Source: Mycobacterium leprae TN
GTDB lineage: Bacteria; Actinomycetota; Actinomycetes; Mycobacteriales; Mycobacteriaceae
Reading direction: 5' to 3'
DNA: 32,000 nucleotides
NCBI RefSeq assembly: GCF_000195855.1
Contig: NC_002677.1
Coordinates: 990,001 to 1,022,000, forward strand
A program made the position numbers and the translations under genes. The notes below the pieces were generated by a model that was given only the letters and a program-made list of their open reading frames with translations, was not told the DNA's origin and did not search any database. The first letter of the stretch is position 1. Every line of letters begins with the position of its first letter. Positions 9,896 through 19,999 of this stretch are shown in pieces.

Positions 9896-10556
9896 GTACC
9901 GGCCGGTAGACGCCGAAGACGAGTTGTTCGTCAGTGCTGCCCAACTTGCCGTGCGGGCCACGCAGCTGTATGCGGCCAGCTTTCGGCCCGGGTTTGACAG
10001 CCCGCCGCAGCTGGTGCCTGTTGCCCTGCGCGGCAGCGCGCCAGACACGACGACTGTGGCGTCGGCTGGCGAGTTAGCCGTGGGCACCACTGATCCGTGC
10101 CCGGCACCAGTTGCGCAGATCGGTGTCGCTGACGTCTATGTCCCAGCGCCGACGTCACCCGAGCCCGAAGGATTACCACAGGTGGCACCAGTCTTCTCAC
10201 GCGGCAATGTCCCCGACACCACGGCGGTGCCGGCGGCGGCCGGGACAACCGTGGGTGTGGCCGATCCCTATCTGCCGCCCGGGGTAGGTCACCTGAGTGG
10301 GTTCGCAGTGCCCAGCCACGGTATCGTGCCCACCGTTCCTGGCGTGTTGGCCGGCGGGCCGCCGACTGCTCCGGTGGCCCCGCGCAATTCGGCGCCTGTT
10401 TTGCGGCCCGAGTGGCCGTACCATGTGCCGTCGGTGAGTGATTTGGACTGGTTTGATGCGGTGCCAGCGGGTGTGCCTGGAGGCGACGAACACAATTACA
10501 ATTTTCTGATCGCAGCCCCCCAAGTGCCTCGGTTGGCCGATGAACACGAGATGGTC
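9882..10556 (+). other. Pro/Ala/Val-rich low-complexity N-terminal extension of the desulfurase (putative encapsulin cargo-loading domain)
   Basis: Residues 1-225 precede the aminotransferase V fold. They carry imperfect repeats: PVALRGSAPDTTTV, PVFSRGNVPDTTAV and PVAPRNSAP, separated by GTTDP and GVADPYLPP-like spacers. Confidence 0.8.
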
Positions 10557-11786
10557 GACGTCTTCGATATTCAGGCCGTGCGGGCGGACTTTCCGATTCT
10601 GCAGGAGACCGTCAACGGCAAGCCGTTGATCTGGTTCGACAATGCCGCGACCACCCAGAAGCCGCAGGTAGTCATCGACCGACTGTCTTACTTCTATGCC
10701 CACGAAAACTCCAACATTCACCGCGCGGCGCATGAACTGGCGGCTCGGGCCACCGATGCTTACGAGGAAGCCCGGGAAACAGCACGGCGTTTTATCGGTG
10801 CAGCCAAGGCCCAAGAGATCATCTTCGTGCGCGGTACTACTGAAGCGATTAACCTGGTTGCCTATGCGTGGGGGGGTAAGCATTTGCAACCTGGTGACGA
10901 GGTAGTCATCACTCATCTCGAACATCACGCTAATATCGTTCCTTGGCAATTGCTTTCGTCACAAACTGGGGCAATCCTGAAAGTCGCACCGGTTGACGAT
11001 GCGGGCAACTTGTTAATGTCGGAATTCGAGGATCTGCTGGGTCCCAGAACGAAGTTGGTGGCTGCGACTCAGGTGTCGAACGCATTAGGCACGGTTACAC
11101 AAGGTGAGAAGATCGTTGAGTTGGGTCATCGCTACGGTGCTCGGGTGCTGATCGACGGCGCACAGTCGATTCCGCATCTGCCGATCAATGTCTCCGAGCT
11201 CGGCGCCGATTTCTTCGTGTTTTCCGGACATAAGATTTACGGCCCCACCGGGATCGGTGTGCTTTACGGGTGCGAGGATGTGCTGACGGAGATGCCACCG
11301 TGGCAGGGCGGTGGCAACATGATCGTCGATGTGACGCTGGAACGGTCGCTATATCAGGGGCCGCCCAACAAGTTTGAGGCCGGCACCGGGAATATCGCTG
11401 ACGCCGTCGGACTGGGGGAGGCGCTGCGTTACGTCGAGCGGGTGGGCGTCCAGCGTATTGCGTCCCATGAGCAAGCACTGCTCGACTATGCGACACCTCG
11501 GCTGGCCGACATACCCGGTGTTCGCCTGGTGGGCACCGCAACGGAGAAAGCCAGCGTGCTGTCGTTCGTGCTGGCTGGACACGAGCCGCTAGAGGTGGGC
11601 AAGGCACTCAATGCCGAAGGGATTGCGGTGCGTGCTGGTCATCATTGCGCACAGCCAGTTCTGCGGCGCCTTGGGTTGGAGGCCACGGTTCGCCCATCGT
11701 TCGCCTTTTACAACACATACGAAGAGATCGACGTCTTCATCAATGTGGTGCGTCGGATCGCAGAGGGCGGTACCAATATCGGCTGA
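9882..11786 (+). CDS. csd: SufS-like (group II) cysteine desulfurase with long disordered N-terminal extension; probable encapsulin cargo
   Basis: 634 aa. Catalytic part from about residue 226: WFDNAATTQKP, THLEHHANIVPWQ, DGAQSIPH, FSGHKIYGPTGIG (PLP Lys), RAGHHCAQP (catalytic Cys). Overlaps the encapsulin ORF by 14 bp. An alternative GTG start exists at 9951. Confidence 0.95.
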   Translation: MSTSEYRPVDAEDELFVSAAQLAVRATQLYAASFRPGFDSPPQLVPVALRGSAPDTTTVASAGELAVGTTDPCPAPVAQIGVADVYVPAPTSPEPEGLPQVAPVFSRGNVPDTTAVPAAAGTTVGVADPYLPPGVGHLSGFAVPSHGIVPTVPGVLAGGPPTAPVAPRNSAPVLRPEWPYHVPSVSDLDWFDAVPAGVPGGDEHNYNFLIAAPQVPRLADEHEMVDVFDIQAVRADFPILQETVNGKPLIWFDNAATTQKPQVVIDRLSYFYAHENSNIHRAAHELAARATDAYEEARETARRFIGAAKAQEIIFVRGTTEAINLVAYAWGGKHLQPGDEVVITHLEHHANIVPWQLLSSQTGAILKVAPVDDAGNLLMSEFEDLLGPRTKLVAATQVSNALGTVTQGEKIVELGHRYGARVLIDGAQSIPHLPINVSELGADFFVFSGHKIYGPTGIGVLYGCEDVLTEMPPWQGGGNMIVDVTLERSLYQGPPNKFEAGTGNIADAVGLGEALRYVERVGVQRIASHEQALLDYATPRLADIPGVRLVGTATEKASVLSFVLAGHEPLEVGKALNAEGIAVRAGHHCAQPVLRRLGLEATVRPSFAFYNTYEEIDVFINVVRRIAEGGTNIG

Positions 11787-11910
11787 TCGGTCGTCCTTTA
11801 TACTCTACTGCATTTAGGTTGTTGAGCCTTGGGCCTGACGCGGACTTCGGCGAAACAAACGGTAGGTTCATAGGCTTCGCTAAGCTCGCGGGGCAGGTCG
11901 TCAGCTGGTC

Positions 11911-12400
11911 ATGATGTTGCTGGCTTTGTGCCCAGGTCTGGCTAGCACCGGATGTGGATGGAAGCCGCAGACACCATCACCACCGCCTCTCGACACATGC
12001 AAAGTCTCCGACGGATCGACGACCCAGACAGTGCAGCAGGCCATCATCTTAGTTCCGATCCTGACAGCTGGATCGATCTGGGTCGAAATGCCCGGGGACA
12101 TACCCAGAATTGCTATTTGTAGTGGGTGCAGATCATCCCCTACCATTGCTACCGAATCGACTCCCCAGCAGTTGTTGTTTTTCGACCACAACACCCGGCT
12201 GGGTGCACCGACCCGGAACCCGAAGGCCTATAACCCTATATAACTGTGCTGCCTCCTGGCGAGGAGGCGGTGACGGTTCAGTATCGATGGCGGGTCGGCA
12301 ATGAGCAGCCGTGCTGCCCTAACGGTATTGGCACAGTGCGATTCCAGATTGGATCCGACGGCAAGCTGAAAACTCTCGGCACGATCCCGCACCAGTAGTC
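11911..12400 (+). pseudogene. lppP: Lipoprotein LppP remnant (LppP/LprE family)
   Basis: Frame 1: ASTGCGWKPQ...DTCKVSDGSTTQTVQQAIILVP...PTIATESTPQQLLFFDHNTRLGAPTRNPKAYN, stop at 12243. The C-terminus continues in frame 2: VTVQYRWRVGNEQPCCPNGIGTVRFQIGSDGKLKTLGTIPHQ*, ending 12400. So there is at least one frameshift. Confidence 0.75.
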
Positions 12401-12558
12401 TTGGTGCGCTGATTTTTTTGGCTCAACGGTTCGCCCAGATAGGCAGAGTTTTCAGGAGTTCTACAGGAGGTTCAGGCTCTCCGGGATGCGTTTCGCGCCC
12501 CGAAGCCTGTCACCCTTGGGCGTCCGTGGCTTTAGGCGCAGCTGGGTTAAGGAGGGTG

Positions 12559-14112
12559 ATGGATCAGCTGGTGTTGCTGCAAGCCGAGGAGTCGCTGTAC
12601 GGCCCCGGTCGCAGATCGAAAACTGTACCGATTGACCATCGGCACAGTCTAAAGTCGAGCTTTTTCCGGCTGCGTTTGAGGAGAGCGTGTCGCATCTCGC
12701 ATTGGGACCCCGAGGATCAAGCGGCTTGGGAGGCTGGCAACAAAACCATCGCCCGGCTCAATCTGCTCTGGTCGGTCCTGACCGTCCACCTGGGGTATTC
12801 GGTGTGGACGCTCTGGCCGGTGATGGAGCTGTTCATGCCCAAGGACGTATATGGCTTTTCCGCGGGTGACAAGTTTCTGCTCGCTACCACCGCAACCTTG
12901 GTTGGGGCGTGCCTGCGGGTGCCGTACTCGTTGGCCACCGCACTTTTCGGTGGCCGCAACTGGGCGATTTTCTCGGTGATGGTGCTGTTGATCCCCACTA
13001 TTGCCACCATGGTGCTGTTGGCTCATCCAGGCTTGCCGCTTTGGCCTTATCTGGCGTGCGCGGCACTGACCGGCTTGGGCGGCGGTAATTTCGCGGCGTC
13101 GATGACTAACGCCAACGCCTTCTACCCGCATCGGCTCAAGGGTGCGGCATTCGGGCTCGCTGGTGGGGCCGGCAACCTTGGGGTGTCGGTGATCCAGGTG
13201 GTCGGGATGCTGGTCATCGCCAGCGTCGGTGACCGAAAGCCTTACATTGTGTGTGGACTTTATGTGGTGCTGTTGATAATCGCCGGGATCGGAGCAATGT
13301 TGTTCATGAACGACATTGAGCATCACCGTATCGGGGTGAACACCATCCGGCCAGTACTGTTCGTCGTGGTTTCCACGCGTGATAGCTGGGTTCTCGCGCT
13401 GCTCTACCTGGCGAGTTTCGGTTCGTTCATCGGTTTTTCATTCGCATTCGGCCAGGTGCTGGAAACCAACTTCGTCGCCGGCGGACAAAGTACGGCTCAG
13501 GCCGCGTTGCACGCCGCTGAGCTTGCATTCATCGGACCGACGTTGGCCGCGGTAGCCCGGTTTTGGGGTGGCCGACTGGCCGACCGACTTGGAGGGAGTC
13601 GCGTCACCCTGGTGGTCTTCGGTGCCATGGTTTTTGCCGCCGGGTTGCTGGGTGTACTGGGCATAATTGAGGGCTCACGCGTGTGCCCGATCAGGGGTGT
13701 CATGATGGCCAGCTACTTCGCTGGATTCATCACTCTGTTCATCTTGTCTGGGTTGGGCAATGGATCGGTGTACAAGATGATCCCGACAATTTTCGAGGCC
13801 TGCAGCCATTCCCTGGGAATCAACGACGACGAGTGCCGCGACTGGTCACGAGTGATTTCCGGGGTCGTCATTGGCTTTGTCGCGGAGGTCGGCGCACTCG
13901 GCGGTGTTGGGATCGACCTGGCGTTGCGAGAGTCCTACCTCAACACTGGCGGGGTTACCGCAGCGTTTTGGATATTCATGTTGTGCTATGCCGCGGCCGG
14001 TGTCCTGACCTGGAAGATGTACGTGTGTCGACCATTGCCAGGCAACTTGCACGACGAAGCGGCTAATGCGTTTGCGGCCAGCGTCGGAGCCAGCAGAACT
14101 CACCGGGGCTGA
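12559..14112 (+). CDS. narK: Nitrate/nitrite transporter, NarK family (MFS)
   Basis: Long hydrophobic ORF with HWDPEDQAAWEAGNKTIARLNLLWSVLTVHLGYSVWTLWPVMELFMP...FGGRNWAIFSVMVLLIPT...LTGLGGGNFAASMTNANAFYP. Adjacent to the lppP remnant as in M. tuberculosis narK1-lppP. ORF is open from 12418; start uncertain. Confidence 0.85.
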   Translation: MDQLVLLQAEESLYGPGRRSKTVPIDHRHSLKSSFFRLRLRRACRISHWDPEDQAAWEAGNKTIARLNLLWSVLTVHLGYSVWTLWPVMELFMPKDVYGFSAGDKFLLATTATLVGACLRVPYSLATALFGGRNWAIFSVMVLLIPTIATMVLLAHPGLPLWPYLACAALTGLGGGNFAASMTNANAFYPHRLKGAAFGLAGGAGNLGVSVIQVVGMLVIASVGDRKPYIVCGLYVVLLIIAGIGAMLFMNDIEHHRIGVNTIRPVLFVVVSTRDSWVLALLYLASFGSFIGFSFAFGQVLETNFVAGGQSTAQAALHAAELAFIGPTLAAVARFWGGRLADRLGGSRVTLVVFGAMVFAAGLLGVLGIIEGSRVCPIRGVMMASYFAGFITLFILSGLGNGSVYKMIPTIFEACSHSLGINDDECRDWSRVISGVVIGFVAEVGALGGVGIDLALRESYLNTGGVTAAFWIFMLCYAAAGVLTWKMYVCRPLPGNLHDEAANAFAASVGASRTHRG

Positions 14113-14115
14113 AGC

Positions 14116-14681
14116 TCAGACGGGCAGATTCTCGAAGTGCGGCATCTCGGCGTAACGCAACTGCTTTGGGACTCCGAAAACCGTCGACCAACGTCTCGGC
14201 ATAGGGCTGCAGCGCTCGGCATCGGTCTGCTCCCCTTGGCGATCGCCTTTAGTGCGCTCGGTGGAGAGGTATCGATGCTCGATGTACCATGCCTTGCCTT
14301 TACTGACAACGCATACAAGTCGCACACGATGTCTAGCAATTTGCGAGCCGCTGGGTCGTTGCATGATTCGATGCCGGCTAGGAACGTTTCCAATACCACT
14401 CGGTCGGTGTGCTCGTTTGCCGCGTGCAGCAAGTGATCCTGCACGGTGTTGAATGTGTCGAAAGCGAACATCTCTTTGGATTTGACCTGCCGCCGGCGCG
14501 CGACCGCGGATAGCAGACAGTCTTCGCACTTCTCGAAGATAGTGCCTTGGGTGCCGCGGTTGAATAGGCTGCCCTTCTTTTCGCTGTCTTGGCGGGCGCC
14601 CACCATTCTCTGCAAAATTGTTTCGGTTGCAGTCCGTTTTGTTACCCGCTCACTGGCAGCGTTGGTCGGGCGAAGCGGCAC
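14116..14681 (-). pseudogene. Acyl-CoA oxidase C-terminal remnant
   Basis: FEKCEDCLLSAVARRRQVKSKEMFAFDTFNTVQDHLLHAANEHTDRVVLETFLAGIESCNDPAARKLLDIVCDLYALSV in one frame, then KAWYIEHRYLSTERTK...FGVPKQLRYAEM in the next. Typical actinobacterial ACOX C-terminus with frameshift(s). Confidence 0.75.
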
Positions 14682-16034
14682 TTCATTCGAGTTCGAGCGG
14701 GCGCATACATGTTTATATCGTCAACGTAAGCGCGCGTAGCGGCAGTTGCTCTTCGGCGTCGTTGCCGCTTATTTGCCTGGTTCGCTTGTGGCAGTTGTCA
14801 GGTGATGCTCCCGTAGCCGATAGAGGATAAGCCCGGCCGCAACATCGTTACCTCGTTGTGGGGCAATTGCACCATGAAAGTGATGGTCAGCTTAGGCATA
14901 TATCTTATATCCTGCGTTTGTCGCCACTGAGTCGACCCTGTGCAGATCTACGGTGGACGCTGGTGCTGCGGAAGCTCCACTGCGTCGGGATGAACTAAAA
15001 TATCTGCTGGAACCACCACTTGCCTACCACGGCAACCAGGCTTCTGGTGAACAGCAGTGCTGCCAGGATTATCGGCCTAAGTAGTGGCAAGACCTCCTGC
15101 AGCAGGCTCACCAGTGCCGGCACGGTGATCGCCGAGATGATGCCTATGGCGGCGACGTTCCCTTAGAGCTCGACATTGGGGTTGTGCAACAGCACGGCGT
15201 CGTACACCGGCTAACCTTTGAGGTTGACGATGATGGCGGTCAGGATAGCGGCAGTGACGTCAGAGACGATCTACCTTGTGGAGCCGATAAGGTCGGCTGC
15301 TGTCGAGAATCCTACGGGTCCGTTCACGGTGGAAAGTATGGGCTCTGAAACCATGTTGCGGCTGGCCAAGGTGGGGGCCCATCCTAACCGCGGCAACGTT
15401 GCCGCGGTTAGGATCTCGATGGTCTCATGCGAGTTAGGGCCGTTCGAGTTTGCCCGGTCCAGGTTGGACTTGCCGGGGAGCAGTGAGTGTCAGTGCCGCA
15501 AACACGAATGGCCGGACCGGTCGGGAAGACAAAGTAAATGCGGTCGGCCCGGACCGCGTTCAGTGTGTTTATCCTTTGGGGCGTGGTGGCGGATTCGGAC
15601 AGCACGGCCATCTTCGATGGTCGATGGTTCGGGTAACTAGGCTGGCATCCTGGAGTCGTCGCGCCTGCGTGGTCATCGTTGGTTGGCGAACAGTGATCGA
15701 CAGCGGCCAGGTCACCGATGTGTGCGTCACCGTGGGCTTCTATAATGGCTAGCACCTTGGCTTGCGTAGAAGGCAATGGCGTTTAGATGCGCTGTGTAGT
15801 CAATAGGTTCAGCTGCGTGGCCACCGTTCGTGGGTCCACTTTCAAGCCTTCTTGGGCTCAAATGTTCGTGGGTTCGCTGACCTTGGCGTCACGTGCCCGA
15901 TGCAGATGGATCTATGCATCCATCGTCGTATGGCTTTGCTATGCCAGGCCACTAGGCGATGCCATCGCTGGAAAACCCAACTGGGTCGGTGCGCTGCGCC
16001 GGACTTAGCCCCAGGGACTGGCACAATTGGTAAA

Positions 16035-18080
16035 GTGACCGCGCACGATCCACGCCATTTGCATCATCGGAGCGGATCGCTGCAACCGGGTGAATTGGCA
16101 CAAGCTTCGGTCTTGGCAGCCCTGTGCGCGGTCACCGCGATCGTCTCGGTCGTGGTCCCCTTCGCGGCCGGACTAGCCTTGCTTGGTACCGTGCCCATGG
16201 GCTTGCTCGCCTACCGCTACCGCTTCCGTGTGCTGATGACCGCGATGGTTGCGGCCGGGGTAATTGCCTTTCTGATCACCGGGTTGGGCGGTTTCATAGC
16301 TGTTGTCAACAGCGCTTATATCGGCGGGTTGACCGGAGTCGTCAAGCGTAAAGGCCAGGGCACACTAACGGTGATTGCGCTTGCCCTGTTCGCCGGATTG
16401 GCTTTCGGCGCCGCCAACGTTGTTGCGCTGGTCGTGCTCGGCCGGCTGCGGCACTTGATCTTTAAAGCGATGACTGCAAACGTGGATGGCATTGCGGCCA
16501 CCCTGACTTGGATGCATCTGCCGTGGGTCGCGGTCCAGCTAAAGCGGTATTTCGCTGACGGGTTGCAGCACTGGCCGTGGATGCTGCTCGGCTATTTTGT
16601 CATCACCATTCTGGTCGTGTCGTTGATCGGTTGGTGGGTCTTATCGCGCGTGCTGGAGCGGATTCGTGACATCCCCGACGTCCATAAACTGGACGCCCCA
16701 AGCGCTTGCAACGAGGATGCTCCTGTCGGGCCAGTTCCGGTGTGGCTAGACAAGGTGCGCTTCCGTTACCCTCACGCCGGTCAAGACGCGTTGCGTGAGG
16801 TCAGTTTGGACCTGCGGGTCGGTGAACATGTGGCGGTCACTGGTGCCAACGGTTCCGGGAAGACCACGCTGATGCTGATCCTTGCCGGCAGGGAACCGAC
16901 GTCGGGCACAGTGGATCGTCCGGGCGCGGTGGGTTTGGGCAAGCTCGGTGGCACTGCCGTTGTTCTGCAACACCCCGAAAGCCAGGTTCTGGGCACCCGG
17001 GTCGCCGACGATGTGGTGTGGGGGTTGCCGCCGGGAACCGATGTCGACGTCAACCGGTTACTTCGGGAGGTCGGCCTCGACGCATTCGCCGAACGCGACA
17101 CCGGTAGCCTCTCCGGCGGTGAACTGCAGCGCCTCGCACTGGCAGCGGCCTTAGCCCGAGAGCCATCGCTGTTGATCGCCGACGAAGTCACCAGCATGGT
17201 TGACCGACAGGGCCGGGATGCCTTGCTGGGTGTGCTATCCGGTCTCACCAAACGACACCCCATCGCCTTGGTACACATCACACACTACAACAACGAAGCC
17301 GATACCGCTGATCGAACGATCAACCTCAGTGATTCACCCGACAACGCCGGCATGGCTGAGACCGTTGCGCCACCGGTGTCGACCGTTGCGGTGGATCACC
17401 GCCCGCACGCACCGGTACTCGAACTTGTAGGTGTTGGCCACGAATACGGCAGCGGTACTCCATGGGCCAAGGCCGCGCTACACGATATCAGCTTCGTGGT
17501 CAGGCAGGGAGATGGGGTACTGGTGTATGGGAGTAACGGCTCGGGCAAGTCGACGCTGGCGTGGATCATGGCCGGATTGATGGTTCCCACGACCGGTGCA
17601 TGCCTGATCGATGGTCGGCCCACTCACGAGCACGTCGGCGCCGTAGCATTGTCTTTCCAGGCTGCCAGGTTGCAGCTTATGCGCAGTCGCGTTGATTTGG
17701 AAGTGGCTTCGGCGGCAGGCTTTTCGCCCCGTGACGAAGACCGCGTGGCTGCCGCACTGGGCGTTGTCGGGCTAGATCCCGCGCTGGCCAAACGGCGCAT
17801 CGACCAGCTCAGCGGCGGCCAGATGCGCCGGGTTGTGCTGGCCGGTCTGTTAGCGTGTTCGCCGCGCGCGTTGATACTTGACGAGCCACTGGCGGGGTTG
17901 GATGCGGTCAGCCAGCGTGGCCTGCTGCGGTTGCTGGAGGACCTGCGCTGTGAGCGGGGTCTGACGGTGGTCGTTACTTCCCATGACTTCGTCGGGTTGG
18001 AGGACGTGTGTCCGCGCACCGTACATTTGCGTAATGGTGCGTTGGAATCGGTGTCGACCACCGCTGGTGGTACGTCGTGA
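16035..18080 (+). CDS. ECF-type ABC transporter: membrane domain fused to two ATPase domains (Rv2326c-like)
   Basis: N-terminal hydrophobic domain, then two ABC domains. First: [11 protein letters not shown] / [15 protein letters not shown] / SLLIADE. Second: [13 protein letters not shown] / [15 protein letters not shown] / [15 protein letters not shown] is open from 15852; GTG at 16035 is the likely start. Confidence 0.9.
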   Translation: MTAHDPRHLHHRSGSLQPGELAQASVLAALCAVTAIVSVVVPFAAGLALLGTVPMGLLAYRYRFRVLMTAMVAAGVIAFLITGLGGFIAVVNSAYIGGLTGVVKRKGQGTLTVIALALFAGLAFGAANVVALVVLGRLRHLIFKAMTANVDGIAATLTWMHLPWVAVQLKRYFADGLQHWPWMLLGYFVITILVVSLIGWWVLSRVLERIRDIPDVHKLDAPSACNEDAPVGPVPVWLDKVRFRYPHAGQDALREVSLDLRVGEHVAVTGANGSGKTTLMLILAGREPTSGTVDRPGAVGLGKLGGTAVVLQHPESQVLGTRVADDVVWGLPPGTDVDVNRLLREVGLDAFAERDTGSLSGGELQRLALAAALAREPSLLIADEVTSMVDRQGRDALLGVLSGLTKRHPIALVHITHYNNEADTADRTINLSDSPDNAGMAETVAPPVSTVAVDHRPHAPVLELVGVGHEYGSGTPWAKAALHDISFVVRQGDGVLVYGSNGSGKSTLAWIMAGLMVPTTGACLIDGRPTHEHVGAVALSFQAARLQLMRSRVDLEVASAAGFSPRDEDRVAAALGVVGLDPALAKRRIDQLSGGQMRRVVLAGLLACSPRALILDEPLAGLDAVSQRGLLRLLEDLRCERGLTVVVTSHDFVGLEDVCPRTVHLRNGALESVSTTAGGTS

Positions 18081-18928
18081 CCTCACTTTCGATGTCTGAA
18101 CATCACGTTCCTCGTCGCCGCTCTCGTCCGGTTGTGTTGTTGGTTCCGGTACCTGGAACTTCGACCATTCACGATTTGTGGGCTGGAACCAAGCTGCTGG
18201 TTGTTTTCGGTGTGGAGGTGCTTCTGACCTTCTATCCGGGTTGGGTGACGATCGGTTTGGTGGCGGCCCTGGTGTGTGGGGCAGCTTGGATCGCGCGCAT
18301 TCCGCGCGACGTGTTGCCGTCGATGCCACGCTGGTTGTGGATCGTTGTTGTCCTGGGCGGTTTCACAGCTGCACTGGCCGGTGGCAGTCCGGTGGTCTCG
18401 ATGGGCGGGGTCGACATCGGACTCGGCGGGGTGTTGAATTTCCTGCGTATCACAGCTTGGTCGGTGGTGTTACTTGGGCTGGGGGCGATGGTGTCGTGGA
18501 CCACCAATGTCGCCGAAATTGGGCCGGCAATGGCGACTTTGGGTCGTCCGTTGCGGATATTCCGGATCCCAGTTGACGAATGGGCAGTGGCTGTGGCGCT
18601 CGCGCTGCGCGCCTTCCCAATGCTGATCAACGAGTTCCAGGTGCTCTACGCAGCTCGCCGATTGCGTCCCAAACAAATTCTGAACAGCCGTAAGGCTCGT
18701 CGACAGCGACAAGCCAGAGAGCTGATCGACCTGCTTGCCGCTGCCATCACCGTGACGCTGCGGCGCGCCGACGAAATGGGCGACGCGATCACCGCCCGTG
18801 GTGGCATCGGTCAACTATCTGCCTACCCGGCCCGGCCGAAATTGGCGGATTGGGTGACACTGGCGATCACGATCACTACCAGCAGCACCGCGGTGGTGCT
18901 TGAGACAATCTTGCACACCGCTTCCTAG
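18077..18928 (+). CDS. Energy-coupling factor transporter transmembrane (CbiQ/EcfT family) protein (Rv2325c-like)
   Basis: 283-aa membrane protein with C-terminal coupling motifs [18 protein letters not shown] and [17 protein letters not shown]. Overlaps the preceding ATPase gene by 4 bp. Confidence 0.88.
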   Translation: MTSLSMSEHHVPRRRSRPVVLLVPVPGTSTIHDLWAGTKLLVVFGVEVLLTFYPGWVTIGLVAALVCGAAWIARIPRDVLPSMPRWLWIVVVLGGFTAALAGGSPVVSMGGVDIGLGGVLNFLRITAWSVVLLGLGAMVSWTTNVAEIGPAMATLGRPLRIFRIPVDEWAVAVALALRAFPMLINEFQVLYAARRLRPKQILNSRKARRQRQARELIDLLAAAITVTLRRADEMGDAITARGGIGQLSAYPARPKLADWVTLAITITTSSTAVVLETILHTAS

Positions 18929-19099
18929 GTGCAGGGTAATGCATTGAGACTGCAGCGGGTACGGTTGGCTACGTCAGGTCAATTGTGACATATCCTGCCG
19001 GTTGCCGACCACGCCAATGAGTTCGACACACGGGCCACAGCACCGCAGCGACCTGTGCGAGTCAGCATCGGACGGGGCATTGTTGGGGTGATTGAGGCC

Positions 19100-19650
19100 T
19101 TGGGTGGTGGTGTTGTGGTGGGCTGGTGGGGTGTGGGTGGTTGATCTGCGCTAGAAGGTTGCCGTATGTGCCGCCGACGGCCGGATCATCGATGCACTGT
19201 TCACTAACACGATACTGCTGCACCCGGCGGCATGCCTGCTTGCTGGCTGAGGGCCGGTCAACAAGCCGCCGACACCGATACCAGCGGCAGAAATGGTGCA
19301 AGGGATAACATCAGGTGCGAATAGTTATACCGTGCACGGGGACGTGCCTGTTCAGGTGCGGCCACATTGACCACGCCGACACCTCAAGGCCATGACATGC
19401 ACACTAAAACGCCCCTACCCCGCGGCGCTAACAACTATCCTCACACTCACGCCTGCATCGATATCGCCTTCAGCACAGCCCAGGTGCCCAGCCCCTGGCA
19501 TCATCAACATGTAGACCAAGCAGCATCCACCACCGACATGCTTACGTGCGCCGCGCTAATCGTGTCCACTGCGGCAAAGCACACGAAGCCTCATCGAAAG
19601 CAGGCAGTCAGCCACCCACCAACAAAAACCCCGCAACACAGCAAAACACG
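19100..19650 (-). repeat. RLEP dispersed repeat, copy 1
   Basis: Contains CCTCAAGGCCATGACATGCA (19388 region) and CACCGATACCAGCGGCAGAA (19277 region), the well-known RLEP PCR primer sites. About 550 bp matching 29033-29575 in reverse complement. Confidence 0.93.
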
Positions 19651-19999
19651 TCAACAGGATTCCGGGCTGCCCCCCACGACTACCGAACATATCGGCCAGT
19701 CATAAAACGCAAAAACAGCCATTTCACCCACCACCTATGAAACCAACCGAACAACTCACTGCCACAGACACAAGACAGCAGAGCCCGGGAACCGCACGAT
19801 TTTTGACGCCACTCAGGCCAAGTTGGCAACCACGTGGTAGGGCCTAGATGCTACACCACGTACCTCGGCCCCTGAGCAGCCCGGCCACCTTAGTAGGGGT
19901 CCGGGCCGGTGCCTGGTTGTAGCCAAGGTTGCACATTTAGATGTTTAGGCGGCTTACGGTCGGAAGCGGCGCGCATGTCTAGCAGGATGCCCAATCAAC

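Noticed and set aside
9293-10949. Long minus-strand ORFs (265 aa and 250 aa) opposite encapsulin and desulfurase
   Set aside because: High-GC antisense shadow ORFs. The plus strand encodes clearly conserved proteins.
14830-15850. Possible membrane protein remnant (minus strand, VSDVTAAILTAIIVNLKG... / IGIISAITVPALVSLLQEVLPLL)
   Set aside because: Hydrophobic segments with stops are visible, but family identity cannot be determined by eye. Not listed as a feature.
19062-19705. ORFs inside the RLEP copies (MHHFCRWYRC..., MTTPTPQGHD...)
   Set aside because: Present in both repeat copies with low-complexity composition. Explained by the repeat itself; no evidence of translation.
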